A DNA stretch of 64,000 nt from the human T2T-CHM13v2.0 reference genome, Homo sapiens: the NCBI RefSeq assembly GCF_009914755.1, contig NC_060933.1. One strand, 5' to 3'. Positions 48,616-64,000 of the stretch are shown piece after piece. Positions within the stretch are counted from its first letter, which is position 1. Each line of letters opens with the position of its first letter. The notes beneath the pieces were generated by a model that saw nothing but the letters and a program-made list of their open reading frames with translations, had not been told where the DNA came from and did not search any database. The translations under genes and the position numbers were made by a program.

Positions 48616-51600
48616 CTATCCCCTCCCTGTACTCTGCTGACCCAGCTGCCTCCCTGTGTATCTGCAAAGGCCTGGCTCCCCAGACCATCACCACCCCTGC
48701 TCCAAAGCCCTCTTGGACTCTCGGCCAGAAGCCCTGTCCATCTTGCGGGCCCCATAGCTTCGCCCACCTCTCACACTGTTCTCTTGGCTTATGCTATGGT
48801 TTCTCCTGGTCACATGTGTGCACTCATCTGAATGGAACATACTTTATAGACAAGATTCCAAGATCCCATGCAAGTACACACAAAACGATCATACTGGCAA
48901 AATGAAATAGGACATCCCTCCCAAAACAAAGGAAAAAAGGAATGCAACAGAGAGGGGAGGAGAGTCAACAATATACAGCAAGTACTACTGACAAATGCTT
49001 ACTATTTACAATGAAGATTACATTTAAAACCTACAGCAAATGGACGCAGACATGGCCCTCTCATTATAAGTGACCCAAGGAAGTGACAGAAAGCTGACAC
49101 CAAAAGAAACAGAGATACCACACAGGGAGGAAGAGAAGGCCTGGCAAAGCCTTGTACCAGAGGAGAAAGTGAGCGAGGTGCATGCTGGGACGAAGCGGGA
49201 GAAAGCAGCACCAGCACAGCCATCACCAGGGCCGGGCCCCACAGTGGCTACACGGGGGGTGGATAGGGAGTGGGCAGGCTCTCCAGCCTCTCTCCTGCTA
49301 GTGAGAGTGCAGCACCCCCCAGGAGTGTGCTTAGGGGAGCTGCACAAGCCAAGTCACACCCAGGCTCTCCACACCCCAGCTGGAGACTTGGGTACCTCTC
49401 TGCCAGAAAGGTTTGCCCAGTTCCTGCTTTTTCCTTGCTAACTGGCAAGCAAGTGGTCTGCAGCAGGTGTGCAAACATGTGCCACTTGATTCAACGCGGC
49501 CACCCAGCCGGCTCCTCAGGCGGAGTGGAAGCTGAGGGGAAGGTCTGAGTCCCACCAACTCTCCCAGGCCTGCCAGTCAAGATCAACAAACCTAGAAGGT
49601 GCTCCAGGCAGTGGGAAGTGAGAGCCCAGAAGCTTCCATGTGCCTGGGCAGGGAGATAGTGACATGCCCAACTAAAGACTGAAGCAGAGAGCCTGGCCAG
49701 ATGCCTCATACCATTAGGGTCCCCCAGAGGCACACACGAGACTGCTGTTCCCTTGGCAGTGCTCATGTGAGTCCTCAGGGTCCTTCATCACCTGGCCCAG
49801 GCAAGGTGTACTAGGAGTTCTGTCCTTGCACCACTGCCAAACCCAGAACACAGAGGCACACCCAGGTCAAATGCTGGCCTGGCCATACCATGTCATGGGT
49901 GATGATGGCACCATCTCTGCTGATGCTGTAGTAGGACGCAAACACTGTGCTTCCATGCCCACACTACTGGGCGTAGGCAGCCAGGCTCATGTGGCCTGCC
50001 ACCTAGCACCTCCATCCAGCACACGGCCAATTGCCAAGGGCTCAAACAGGCTGACTGGTCGCCATGGGGTTTAGTTTTCCCTCAAGTAAGCACCTTCTCC
50101 CAGTGAGCCTGTCTGATGTCAGCCCAAAGAAGTACAGGGGACAAGCTCTGCTGCGTGTGACTGGGCAGCCCAAATGAAGGAGGTGGGAGCACAGGCCTGT
50201 AGCTGACCACCAGGGTCCCATCTCAACTCCCCTTTGTGGGATCCCCACACCTCAGACTGCTCATCAGCAAGCAGGGTGTGACAATTGCCTGTTTCAAGGA
50301 GCCACTGTGCAGGGGGTCGGCTGCCCTCTCTCCTGTCCCCACCAGACAACCTCAACACCAGGAAACTCTCATCTCTGCCTTGATGGCCTAGGCCAGCCCC
50401 TTCACCCTACTCCTTCTTGGGGCAAATATGAAGAAAGATCTTGGTGTGTGTATGAGACCCAGCTCTGACCCCAGGCCTCCTGTGGCTCTCTGGGCCTCTG
50501 ATTCCCCATCTGGGAAATGGAGCCACATCCCCACCAAGGCCCAATCCAGGCCAGTCCTCAGAAGCTTACCCACCTCCCAGGGGCCCAGGCAGGAAAGATG
50601 CTCTCACTAGCAGGAGAGAAGCTGGAGGGGCTGCCCACATGTAGGGCCCACACATACACAGCGGTTAGAGTCAGGATCTGAGAAGCACCTCACCCACTAC
50701 CAGCCAGGACACCTTAGGCACATGATGGAACCTTGCAAACCTCTGTTTCTTCACATCTGACGAGATACCAGTAGGGTCACCAGAAGGACCAGGTCTGAGG
50801 CAATCAGAACTGTCCAACACATGCCAAATATGTTTGTTACTGTAAAGCTTCACAGGTCCTCATGGTGTGTTGGGGTGTGGAGGGGGACAGACAACCAGTT
50901 GACCCAAGGGAGGAAAAAAGGGGAGGGGCTGTTGTGGGTAGCAGGGTGGTGGGTCAAAGGATACAATGAAGGCTGTTTTATCGTCAAATGTACCCTTTCT
51001 GACCCATGGGGTGTGAGCCTTGGGCAGTGACTGGGGAAAGCCACGCTGGGGGTGGGCACAGAGAAGCTTGGCACAGTGGCTCAGACCAGCAGAACAGCAG
51101 GCAGCAGAAGACAAGAGCTATGCATGACTGGGACTGGTGGTGGTGAGACAAGGTCAGTCCTAGAGATGCTCCACCCGAACCAGGTACCCAAGGCGAAGAC
51201 CTGGGATGGTTCCCACAGCTCTGCAGCAACCCAGGGCAGGGACACAGTCATGGGGGACACAGCAGACCCAGGGACCAAGGTGGGGACCCTCAGGAGAGAC
51301 AGGGAAGGCTGAGGGGTGTGCAGGGAGTCTCAGGATTTCCTCCTGAAGCACAAACAGGAACCACAGAAATCCTCTCTTCCCCACAAGACCTGCAGCATCT
51401 TTAACTTGCTGTGCTCATTTCCAGTCTTACCTGAAGCCAGCAGGGTCACCCAGCCCTCTTTGGCCTCTGCCACCAGAGATAGGCCTCTTGGAAGAGAGAA
51501 GGGGCAGAATGTGCTGGGCTGGGGAGACAGCACCTGCACACGCTTTTCAGGAATAGACGGGCCAGACAGATGGCAGCTGGGGCAGCCAAGGATACATCTC

Positions 51601-51954
51601 TCCATACACACAGCCCCTCCTCCCACCGACCAGAGGGCTCCTTGTGAGAGGAAATGAGATCATGTACTGCCGCTTCAGGATCTGAGACTCCCCACCCTGA
51701 GTCTAAGCCAAGCTCCTCCCTGGGCCCCTAGGGCCTCAGCGATCTCTGACCCCTCACTCCGCTGCTGACCCCGAGGGCAGCATCCTTCAGTACTGGAATG
51801 CTAAGCCAACAGCAGCAGCCCTAATCACTGCATACCCTCAGGGCCTATGCCCTGCTGACCTCCCGTAAGATTATCTGCTGCAGAGGGTGGTGCTCCTGTG
51901 TCAGGAACAAGGGTCCATAAGTGCTCCCACAATGTGGGGTGAAAGACCTGTGGG

Positions 51955-52080
51955 GCATCCTCTACAACGGGCTTCAGAGACTGCCGGTTTACAGATGGGG
52001 AAACTGAGGCCAGGACTAAAGATAAGGCCTTGCCCAGGCCCCAAGGCTCAGTGAAAGGCAAAGCCAGTATCAGCCCATTC
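51955..52080. mobile_element. MIR fragment
   Basis: tttacagatggggaaactgaggcc...ttgcccagg. Confidence 0.5.
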
Positions 52081-53578
52081 TCAACCGACCCATGCTCCAC
52101 TCCTCCAGCCATTCCCAATGAGAACCTGGGGCTGACCCTCAAAGGCCACGGCCAGGAGGACTGCAGCTCACGTGCCAACTTCCAGCTCCACTTGCAGTCC
52201 CCAGGGACCATCCCACCTCCATCTTGGTGATGGGGCCTCATCCTTCCTCAGAAGGCACTGGCCCCTCTTGCCCCCAAGACAGTCGTCTCAGCCTCACTTT
52301 TGTCCCCACAGCCCACTCCCCGTGTAGCCACCAAACCCAAGCTGGACCCTGCCTCCTTCAGGGCCCCACCCAGGCCTGCAGGACTCTCCTGACACTCCTC
52401 CTGCCCTTGGCTCAGCACCACAGTGAACATGCCCCTGCCCCAGGGACAGGCACGGGGTACTGCTCTCCCCTGATATCTGCCACATGCCTTCTAGGAGAAT
52501 GAGGCTTTGCTCACACTGTTTCCTCAGGTTCCACAGACACCGAGGCCCTGGCAGGGCTCAATTAAAATATGTGCCAGTCAGTGAGAAAAGACACTCAGGT
52601 GCTCACTCAACCTTCCCTGAGCCTCCTGTTCAAGCCAGCGAGACTCTCCTCCCACCTGCCCCAGTGGATGGAGACTCCTGGCTCTCCTCCTCCTGCTGGG
52701 CTCAAACTACACAGGTTCCAGGCACCACAGCAACCTTCCCAAATCCTGCTTTGGCCACATCGTTCCCCTGGGCTCCCCAGTCCTCCACAACTCCAGGGCC
52801 TTAGTGTCAGGGCCATGAGCAGCTGGTCCTGTGGCCTTTGCCCCTATCAGGGCCCAAGAGCCAAGCTGGTTCCTCTGACTTCATGTTCACAAGTCATGCA
52901 CGGACTTGGACGGATTCATGGACGGACACCACAGTCCCATTTCCAGATGTAGAGCCTGTGCCATGTACCAATGGCTGTCCATGGGTACCCAGGACTCCAA
53001 CAGGCTCTGGTGCCAGGGACCACCCACCCAGACCCTCCCTGCGGGCACTCTGCTGTGAACAAGGCAGGGGTGTGGCAGCTGGGGCTACTGGCGGTGGTCT
53101 CCACCCCTAATTCTCAGACACGCACACCCTACCTCGAGTCTCCATGGAATATTTGGGGTTTGTGTTCTTATTACAGCTGGGCACAGTGCAGGCCCTGAGT
53201 GACACAAAACATTCCCAGGGCAGGGGGGAGTCCAATGACGAGGAGTGCCCCATGGGCATCAGCCCTTAGCCTCCACAAGGGGCTAACTGCACCCCTCCCT
53301 GACTGACCACTCCTCTGCTCTGGACTTGCTCATGGGACTCGCTTCATGAGTGAGACAGAAGCAAGCCAGAGGCAGCGGAACTTGTGGGTCCATCTCTCTC
53401 CCTTCTGCCACGTGGAGGACAGTGGCAGTGGAGTGCAGTGGAGGATGAGACCAGGAAAGCAAGACAGACCAGCCAGCTGCAGCGTCCCCAGAGGCCAGCC
53501 CAGCCCAGCCACCCACCAGGCACACCTGCTATGTGACACTGGTGGCACTGCTGCAGCCACAGACTAGGCCCCTCCTCA

Positions 53579-53866
<288 letters not shown>

Positions 53867-56800
53867 TCACAGGCGACATTCATGCTGCAGAACAACAGCA
53901 ACAACAACGGGGACTGTGGGCCTGAAGGGAGGCCCCCTGACCTGGGAGGTGCATCTGTGGCGTGCACTGTGGTGTGCACATATGCAAATGCAACAAGCTG
54001 CACCCAAGGTTCATCTGCTTCACCAAAATAAGAGAAAGCCTGGTCTCTGAGGAACAGTGTCTGCACTGGCAAGACAAGTGCTGGAGTCAGGGAGCTACAG
54101 TGGGCATGTGTGACAGCAGCTGGGGGCCGGCGGAGGGAGCTCCCACACAGCCCCCACCTTCTCCCCACTCCAGATGGCACACCGGCCACCACATATGAAA
54201 GGCAGAGGGAGTCTGTCCATCCTGCTGCCTGATGCTGGCTCATCCTTCACTCCTTCTGGGAGAGACCTGGGCTGAGCAGTCAGAGCCCCAGGCCCGAGGA
54301 TGGCAGTGATGGTAAGAACTAGACAGAGGCCAGCACAGTGTACCACCCACTCTGCCCAGTTCCTGGCTCAGAAGCCAAGATACCAGCATGTTCCAGAGGG
54401 GTGAGGAACAAGGGGCGCGGGGGCTGCACGTGGCAAAGAAGTGCAGGGCCTTGGGGCTCAGGGAGGAGACCTTATGGGTGAGATCAACCAGAAAGGGGTG
54501 CTCACCTAGCCCAGGACGCCCACCTGCCCACGCACCTGAGAGTCGACAGCTGTGTCATGTCCATGCCCCAAAATCCAGGCCAGCCAGCCTCCCATCGTGT
54601 ACACCCCAGGCGAGTGGCCCAGCCTCCAAGCAGGTGCCATCCCTCTCCTTCCCTCCCACTGCCCACTACCCCCACATAGCTGGCGTGGCAGGACAGGGCT
54701 TCCATGGGTAGAGGGCAGACGGGCCGCAGTGTGTCACCCCCAGCAGCCCGTCTCACTGGCCACTCCACCACAGAGCTCTTGCAGAAGACCTTATCTTTTT
54801 ACATTAATCCTGGCTCATGGCAGAAAACAAGATCAAGAGAGAGGTGACTGAAAGCGGATGGCTTTGTTTTCCTAAAAGAGAAAAAGGAGCATTTTTCACT
54901 CATTTACTATTTAATATTAAATCTAAGAATTCAGTCCAAGAAAATAGGGAAAATGTAAAAAACCATGAATAAGGATGTTACTGAGCAGGACAGTTTCTAA
55001 TTTCAAGAAATCAAAACAAAGAGTAACTCATTTCGTCCCAACAGGAGACTGGTAAAAGAAACCAGGGTCTAGTCTGAGTATAGACTCTCATGGGACCAAC
55101 AGGGGACTCAAGGGGAAGACAGACTGATTGATCTTACAGCACTGTGAGGATCACAGGATCCTGCCTGGAAGAGCACACATGTGCTATGGCAGGTGTGGTG
55201 ACATGTGCTGTGATGTATGTGTTGTGTGTGTGTGTCTCGTGGTGTTGCGGGGGACACCCCTAAACAAGGCTAACAGGACAACACAGCCCAGCAGGAAGAC
55301 TGGTGCTGGCAATGGGACTGCACGGGGGGACTCGGGATTGACATGGACACTCCTGCTGCGGATGCACAGACGTCTATGGCACCCACACTCCTGAGGAGGC
55401 TGGGTCTTGCTCACCTGCCCCCACCCATCAACACAACACCCACTACGTGGAAGATGTCCGCTTTTCTTCAAGGCAATCGGGTCAGCTCTGTGATTTCTGC
55501 TCTGTTCTTCCTTATCCTAGTCCCAAGGAAGGTCCAAATCATAATGTCTACACAGCACCTGATCCACCCTGGCCAGCCACCCCGGGCCACAAGAAGGGAA
55601 ACCGGACATGGAATTGGCCCCAGCTGCAGGCTCCCCACCCAAGTGGCAGCCAGGCCCCAAGTCCCTCATTGGGTGAAGGGCCCGCCGGCTGCAGGCGGCA
55701 TGGGCAGCGCCAGACCATCTGGGCCTCCTGACAAGCAGGAGGGACCCAAATGAAGGGTCCAGCACACATGGCTGCTCAGAACACACCCACGAGCCTGGAG
55801 CTGGGGATGCAGACATCACCTCAGAAGCTTCCTCCAGGTATGACAGCTAAATGCCATGACACGACATTCAAGTCCTAGCCTCCTGGCCTGAGCCCTGGAT
55901 CTTTTCCTCTGCTTAAGCTCCCAGCCTGGGGCCCAAAACACTCCTGGGCAGCTTTTCAAACACACTGAGATACAGACTTCCGCGTACAGCCAAGATGAGA
56001 TTGTTGCAGAAATTAGAACTACCTTCTGTGTGAAAACTTAAAAAAAAAAAAGAAAAAGAAAAAAACCAGGCAATGATAGAATATAAATAAATAATAAGCA
56101 GTGGTTTTCACATCATGGGCACTAGATAGTGAGAGACAGGAGGAGGGGAGTTCCAGGAGCCCCCTCCACCAAAAGAACTTCCCAGCCATGGAAAAATGGG
56201 AGACTGAGGCAAGGCGTGGCAGACCCTGTCAAGGAGGGACTGGAAGATGGCGGAAGATGGCAGCAGGGCAGCCAAGCTAGGCAGACCTGCACACAGGGCC
56301 AGAATCTCCACTGAGGACCAGGGAGCACAGAGCTGAAGAAGTCACTGAAGGACCACGGAGGGGGCAGAGAAAGCAATCCCCACCATTTATACCAGCCAAA
56401 AACAGTACCTGCTCCCAACAGCAGAGGAGAGCCCTCCTGATGCACAGGCAGCTGGGGAGCACTCCCAGGGCCTGAAAAAATTAGTCTGGATTAAATCTGC
56501 TCTGATACCACAGAGCAAAGCATAAAGACAAAACCTGAAAGGATCAATCTGATTCCAAGTCACTTAACTACATCCCAGAACAAAGCTCAAGAACACATGA
56601 AGGAATACAAAAACATCCATCTCCCAACAGGTGAGGTCCACTGGCTGGCATCCCGTCACTTACCACTGAGCAGGCAAAGGCGCACAAATGAGGAAGACAG
56701 AAAAAGATCCAGATAGAACTTCTAGAGAAGAAAAGTAGAGTGGATGGGATTCACAGCAGATAAAACAATGCAGAAGAAAAGATCAGTCAACTTGAAAAAC

Positions 56801-57819
56801 CACAGCAAACTATCCAAAATGAAACACAGAGAAAAAAAGGCTAAAAGACAAAAGCAAGACTCAAACAGAGCATTGGTGAAGTATGAAGTATGACACAATT
56901 TCAAGAAGCCTTATGTAAGGAGTAATTGGAGTACCCAAAGGAGAAAAAGGGGAAAATAGAAAAAGTAATTGAAGAAATAAATCATAGCTGAAAATTTTCC
57001 AAATTTGATGAAAATTATAAACCCACAGATATCAGCAGCTTGTCAACACCAAGCACAAGAAATATGAAGCAAACTACACCAAGGCATAATATAAAATTGT
57101 TTAAAACCAATTATATAATAAAAATATTTAAATCAGCCAGAAGAAAAAGGATACATGACTCAAGAGGAGCAAAGATAAATGACAGCTGATTTCTCTAACA
57201 AGCCAGGAGATAGTGGAACAACATCTTTTAAACAACAAAACAAAAAAACTTAACTAGAATGCTATACTCACTGAAAACTGTTCACAAATAGAGGTGAAAT
57301 ACTTTAGAGATACAAAAGCTGAAAGAATTTATCAACAGCAGATATGCATTGGTATTTAAAGATATGCTAAATAAAATCCTTCAGGCAGAAGAAAAATAAT
57401 ACCATATGGAAATCTATATCTACATGGAAGAAATGATAATTAAATAGGCAAATATAAAGTACTTATTTTTCTTATTTAAATCTCTTTAAAAGATAATTAA
57501 CTTGAAATTCAATGCAATCCCTACCAAAATTCCAAAGCCTTTTTAGCAGAAATGGAAAAGGTGATTTTCAAATTCATATGGAATTGCAAAGGGCCTAGAA
57601 GAGCTAAAACAATATTGAAAGGGAATAACAACGTGAGAGAACTCACAATTTCAAAACTTAATACAAAGCTACAGTGATCAAAACAATGTGGTACTAGTGT
57701 AAAGATAGATATAGAGACCAACGGGATAGAATAGAGTCCAGAAATAAAACCTCATATATATGGTCAATTGATTTTTGGCAAGGGTACAAAAATAATTTGA
57801 TGTCAAAGAATAGTTTTTC

Positions 57820-58173
<354 letters not shown>

Positions 58174-58249
58174 TTATACACAAAAATTAACTCAAAATGA
58201 ATCAAATACCTAAATATAAGAACTAAAACTATAAAACTTTCAGAAGATA

Positions 58250-58569
<320 letters not shown>

Positions 58570-58792
58570 TCATCAGGAGAAAGATAAACAGTGACTATGT
58601 AACTATTTACATAATACTATATAGAAATGAAAAATGAATAAACTACTGCTATACAGATAACAGAGATGAATCTAACAATGTTGAGTGAAAAAAGCCACAC
58701 ACAAAAGAGTATATGTTGTGCGATTCTGTTTATATATAAAGTTCCATGAATAAGTGAAGTTAATCTATGCTGTTAGAAGTTAGCATAGTTGG

Positions 58793-59093
58793 CAGCTGGG
58801 CACAGTGGCTCATGCCTGTAATCCCAGCAATGTGGGAGGCCAAGGCAAGCAGATCACTTGAGGCCAGGAGTTCGAGACCATCCTGGCCAACATGGTGAAA
58901 ACCCGTCTCTACTAAAAATACAAAAATTAGCCAGGTGTGGTGGCATGCACCTGTAATTCCCAAGCTACTTGGGAGGCTGATGCACAAGAATCCTTTGAAC
59001 CTGGGAAGCGGAGGTTCCAGTGAGTCATGATCGCACCACTGTACTCCAGCCTGGGTGATAGAGCTAGACCCTGTCTCAAAAAAAAAAAAAAAA
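58793..59093 (+). mobile_element. Alu (AluS/J)
   Basis: Full body with A-tail. Confidence 0.92.
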
Positions 59094-60568
59094 AGAGAGA
59101 AGACAAAATCCACCTCCCCCACCCCCAACCCAGGACAGCTGGAGTTACTCCCTCCTCCCCCTCCCACAGGCTGTTTGCCCCATCTTGTCTCCTCAGGAGG
59201 AAGCACTGGTCCAGGAGTGCAATTAAGCACTAAGAAGAGCACTGGAGTTCACCATCTGATTAAGGGGTCGCCAGCCGTGGGCTTGTCCTTGCAGCTTCCT
59301 TCCCCTGCCTCACTGTGGGCCTCCTAGGCTGGTGCCCTGCAGGGTATGATCCCCTGCCCACCCACAGGAGGGCTCTCTGCCCAACCTACCATCAGGATCC
59401 AGTCTGGGAAGGGGATCCCAGATGTGCCCTCCATCCCACCCGTGCCCACAACTTCTCCAGCTGCTCTGGGGAACAAAAGGGACACACAGGTGGAAGGCCC
59501 AAGTTCCTACCCTCCTGGCCCATAAGACTAGGCTCATCTGGGCTTTGAGGAGGAAGCAGCACCTTGGTGATAACCCCCAAGGGGCTGCCCTGGCTATGGG
59601 CGAACACTGTGCTTGACACAAGCTCCCGGCTCACTCTCTACCCACTGCTCTGAAGCTGCCTAGGCCCAGCAGGATCTAACACACTGGGTGAGCCTGGGTG
59701 TGAGGTCACCACCAGCCAGGCGCCTTGGGGAGAATCCTTGCTTTTGGCCAACACATGACCGCCAAGAATGCTGTCTTCAGGTTTGTCCACACCCATGTGA
59801 CTATAGCACAATCATCTGTGCCTAAGGGGAGCCAGGACCAGACACCATTAGGGAGGCCAGGTCCTGCACAGTGGCATGGCCTCGGGACAGGCTGCAGGAC
59901 AGACGCTGGGTCTATCAAAAGTGGGGATGGGCGGGGTAAGCTCTGGCCAGGAGGGAGAAATCACAGGGGCTCAGGGAAGGGATTTCAAAAACCACATGGG
60001 GTGGGAAGGCCAGCCTCATCTGAGGGAATAGCACGAGCAATGACATGGGGGCAGGAGGTCCCAGGGACTCTCTGTGAAGCATTAGGAGCCACCCTGAGGT
60101 CAGTGGGGAGTTTGAAGACAATGGAGAGGGCTTGGGGAGGAAGGGCAGCTGCAACCAGACCCCAGGGCTTTGTCAAGCAGAGGACGAAATGGGGAGTTGA
60201 GGGCAAGTCGGGGCAGGGAGGGGCAGGCCTGGGGGCCTGTGAAGCAAACAGCACCTGACCTCTGCGAGTGCCTCATCTCTGTTATCTCCCTGTCCTCATC
60301 CACGAGCATGGCAGAAACAGTAATGGCCTGCTGTTCACGGGCACACAGCACACTGGGTCTGGAGTCACTGGGACCTTGCTCACTCAGGCCCTAAGTCTCA
60401 TTCTAAGAGTCCCATGGGGACAAGAGGCTGCCGGTCCCTGTCAGGGCAGTGCAGGCTCTGGGTGGCCCCTCTTCATTCACCCTAAGGGCTCAGGTGAACT
60501 GCCCACATCCAGACTCCATCCTTAAAGGACAGCAGCACCCATTAGCTGTGGAACTGATCATGTGACTC

Positions 60569-61293
60569 TGTCAGAGGCATTTGAACCAGAACAACTCCAT
60601 CTTGAATAGGGACTGGGTAAAATGAGGCTGAGATCTACTGGGCTACATTCCAGGAAGACAGGCATTCTTAGTCACAGGATGTGATAGGAGGTTGGCACAA
60701 CATACAGGTCATAAAGACATAAAACAGGCTGCAGTAATTACTGATAAAACACTAACTGCTGATAAAACAGGTTGCAGTAATTACTACAAACCCACCAAAA
60801 CCCAACAAAACCAAGATGGCAAGGAGAGTGATCTCCGGTTGTCCTCACTGCTCATTATATGCTAATTATAATACATTAGCATGTTAAAAGACACTCCCAT
60901 CAGGACCATGACAGTTTACAGATGCCATGGCCCTGTGATGGCCCCAGTTTACAGATGCCACAGCCCGAGGTACCCACTGTGTAATGTCTGGAAGTTACCT
61001 ACATGGTCTAAAAAATGGGAGGGACCCTCAGCTCTGGGAACTGTACACCCCTTTCCCAGAAAACTTGTGAATAATCCATCCCTTGTTTAGCATATAATCA
61101 AGAAATAACTATAAGTATCCTTAAGCCAGCAGCTCAAGTCACTGTTCTGCCTATGGAGTAGCAATTCTTTATTCCTTTACTTTCTTAATAAACTTGCTTT
61201 CGCTTTACTCTATGGACTCGCCTTGAATTCTTTCTTGCGTGAGATTCAAGAACCCTCTCTTGGGATCTGGATCAGCACCACTTTCCAGTAATA
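60569..61293 (+). mobile_element. MER41B-like (ERV1) solo LTR in BICD2 intron 1
   Basis: tgtcagaggcatttgaaccagaacaactccatcttgaatagg start, aataaacttgctttc, gaaccctctcttgggatctggatc...ttccagtaata end. Contains the GAS-bearing segment typical of MER41B. Confidence 0.88.
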
Positions 61294-63804
61294 TCTTCAG
61301 CTGCCTCGAACTGAGCACACCCTGTGTGTTAGATTGTTTTAGCAGCTCCATGACCGGAGCCCTGAACATGTTCCCCCTTTACACACACACACAGAGAAAC
61401 TGAGGCACAACAGAGCTCAATGCTTGCCAAGGGTGCACAGTCTGGCTGTAGCGTGGGATGGTGCAGGGCTGGAGACAGAAGGCTGGCAGAATAGGCCTCA
61501 GGATGGAAAACAGGGCAGTAAGGATCCTGTCCAACAGATGAGCCCAGTGCCCCACCCCACCCAAACCCCTAGGAGATAGAGAAGGCAGGCCAGGTCCCAG
61601 GGGTACCTGTGAGCACGGGCCCATCTGTGCCCACCACCCCCATCTCAGGGAAGCACAGCCAACATCCCCTGCTAGCACCTCTGAAATAAGCTGCAGGGGC
61701 AGGGCTATGTGACTGTGGTGGGCGCCAATCACAATGTGCCTCGATTTCCTCATGTGAAACCTGGGTTAATAATGTCACCAATCTGAGCTTAGTGCTATGG
61801 GGATTTAGTCAGTTAACATAATTCACTTACCAGAGCCTATGTGGCCTCCTACTCCACCCACCCCCTGACGATAGGAGCTTTAAAATACAGGTTCAGGGAG
61901 TTACTCCTTGTTCTCCTCTCCAGGCATCCCACTGCCTTTCGGATGCCCAAGGAGGAGGCAACTCCTCCAGAGTCAGCATATCTCTGACTCAGGATGTGGT
62001 TGAGGCTATTGTCAATGGACCAGTGTTAACATGCTGAGATCCTGACAACCCCAGTGTGGGGCAGCGCGTGGGAGACTGGGTGGCTTTAGAATGAGCCCAT
62101 ACCAGACGCTTAGGCCCTCATCACCCCAAATAGAGGCTGAGATCCAGAAACAGAAGCTGGACGATGAAGGAAGAGTAAAAGATTACGACCAACAACAGGT
62201 TACAGTTACCTTTGCGGTTTTCATTCTTTCCTGACGCCAGTACCAGCAAAGCTCCCAGTTATCACCTGGGCACACCCACCACCTTAGAACAACTCTTCAA
62301 GTGTTACTTTCTGTGAAAGTAAAACTATACATATAGGCTGGAAGGGCTGAAACCCTGACCTGTGCCTAGTGCAGAGGAGGAAACAGTGGCAGGTGATCAG
62401 AGCCTGGGAGGATGGGGAAGTGCGCCAGGTGGAAGGAACAGCAAAGCAAAAGGTAGGACAAGGTGGGGCCAGAAGGAGAACTAGGTCCTCACACCAGGGC
62501 CTCTGAACCCCTGGACAAGAATCTCTTTCCCTCCCTCCTCAGCCACATAGGCCTCCTGCTTCGCCGAGGTGCCCCACTGTGCAAGAGGCACCCACTGCCC
62601 TGCCCACTTCCCGGCGGCACAGCAGGAGAGCCAACGGGTATGTGCACACCTGAAGCCAGGCTGCCTGGGCCCACGTCCTGGCTCTGCCACTGGTCAGCTA
62701 TGACTTGGTGAGCTCCGCCCTCACTGTGCCTGTCAATGGGGCTACGGGGCCAAGTTCCCATGGTTGGGCGTGTGTAAGCCCACCCTGATGCTTAGGCAGC
62801 ATGGGCACCAGGTCAGGGTCATCCACAATCAGCCCATTTATGAGAAGTGGCAGGGCTTGAAGAGCAGCCCCAGGCCAGTGCCTGCACCCTCCCACCTGCT
62901 GCCACAAGATTGGTCCCTGATGGTCCCCCCAAGGCTAGGTGCTGGTTCCAAAGTGGCCTCACTGTCCTTCTGCATATGGAAGATGTCCTTACTCTGTAGC
63001 CAGCCAGTGGGGCTGCCTGGCTCTGTGGCAACTACCTAATTACAGTTTCCTCAGCTACAAAGGAAAGTCACCCCCCTCCCTCCCCACTCTCAAGAGAGAA
63101 TGTGGATATCTCCACAATAAGAGCTGGCCATCAGCCCTAGCTAGTAGAGGTTGCCCCTTCAGTCTCCGGACAAACCTGTACAGGGAGTTGAAACAGGTCT
63201 GCACAGGAGACTGAGAACCAACCCCACTTGCCGACCTTCCACTGGGCTCTGGCTCCCTGGAGAAGGCCTACACCACCAGGGCAGGGGAACCAGGCCTCCA
63301 GGCAGGGCTGTCCCAGGGAATTCTCTTTCATCCTAAACCAGTTTGGCCATCTGATACAACAGGAACAACACTTGCCAAGCCAGGAGAGCCAGCCGCAGCA
63401 TTCCAATGAGGCAGGACTTGTTCCAGGATGCAGTTTCCACAACAAAACTGGGAGCCTCAATTCCTTCATCTGCTAGGCTGATCCAGCACCACCCACTCAT
63501 AGCCAGCTGGTCCCACACTTGTCCCTGAAGGGCCATGATGCCTGCCCCAGGGTGGGCCCAGCCTCCTGGGAACGGCCGGGCCTGGGCATCCCAGGAATCC
63601 CACTAGTCCTAGCCTGGCTGCCTCGGTTGGGCCCTCCCACCACCTGCTAAGGTGGAGACACTGCTGGGCTCCTTGTCAGGGCTGGTCCAAGCAGGGGGAA
63701 GGTCTGATCCTCATCCACTCGACGGGCTGTGAATACCTTCTGCTCAGCACCCACCTTTCCACCCAGGCTTGTTGAAAAATCCCAGGGACTGGCTTTACCA
63801 TCCC

Positions 63805-63925
63805 CTCAATGTTTACTAACAGCACTTATTAGCGCTTACTGCATGCCTGGTCTCTGGTAGGTACCAATGATACCAGGACAACAGACTATCAGGCCTCCCA
63901 AGACCCAAGTCCGAGGGCCTGTAGC
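63805..63925. mobile_element. L2/MIR-like fragment
   Basis: aacagcacttattagcgcttactgcatgcctgg. Confidence 0.4.
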
Positions 63926-64000
63926 CCAGACAGTCAGCTGAGACCACAAATCCTCCCATCCTGGGGAATCACAGGATGATAAAACTCACTTGATTACGGA

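Overview
Human (primate) genomic DNA. The right half (about 35.9-64 kb) holds the 3' part of BICD2 (dynein-dynactin cargo adaptor Bicaudal-D2) on the minus strand: coding exons 2-7, a mini terminal exon 8 that gives the short C-terminus, a 3' UTR of about 3.8 kb with distal and candidate proximal poly(A) sites, and part of intron 1. Exon 1 lies outside the window. Exon sizes read from the GT/AG boundaries (213, 153, 456, 1044, 152, 310 or 211+6 nt) reproduce the known 855-aa and 824-aa isoforms if exon 1 supplies 240 coding nt. The left 34 kb is intergenic and repeat-dense: more than 30 Alus, several L1s, MaLR/ERVL LTRs, a Tigger, MER20 and a full-length RPL21 processed pseudogene. Structures that these annotations do not explain: (1) a ~245-bp-arm inverted repeat with a perfect 53-bp core just past the BICD2 poly(A) site; (2) a candidate L1PA 3' transduction inside an older L1; (3) a 131-bp fold-back hairpin made of L1 pieces and framed by inverted Alus; (4) a 55-bp templated insertion; (5) in-frame cryptic acceptors at BICD2 exons 7 and 8; (6) a MER41B-like LTR with one intact STAT/GAS motif in intron 1. 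Repeat subfamily calls and repeat boundaries were made by eye and are approximate.
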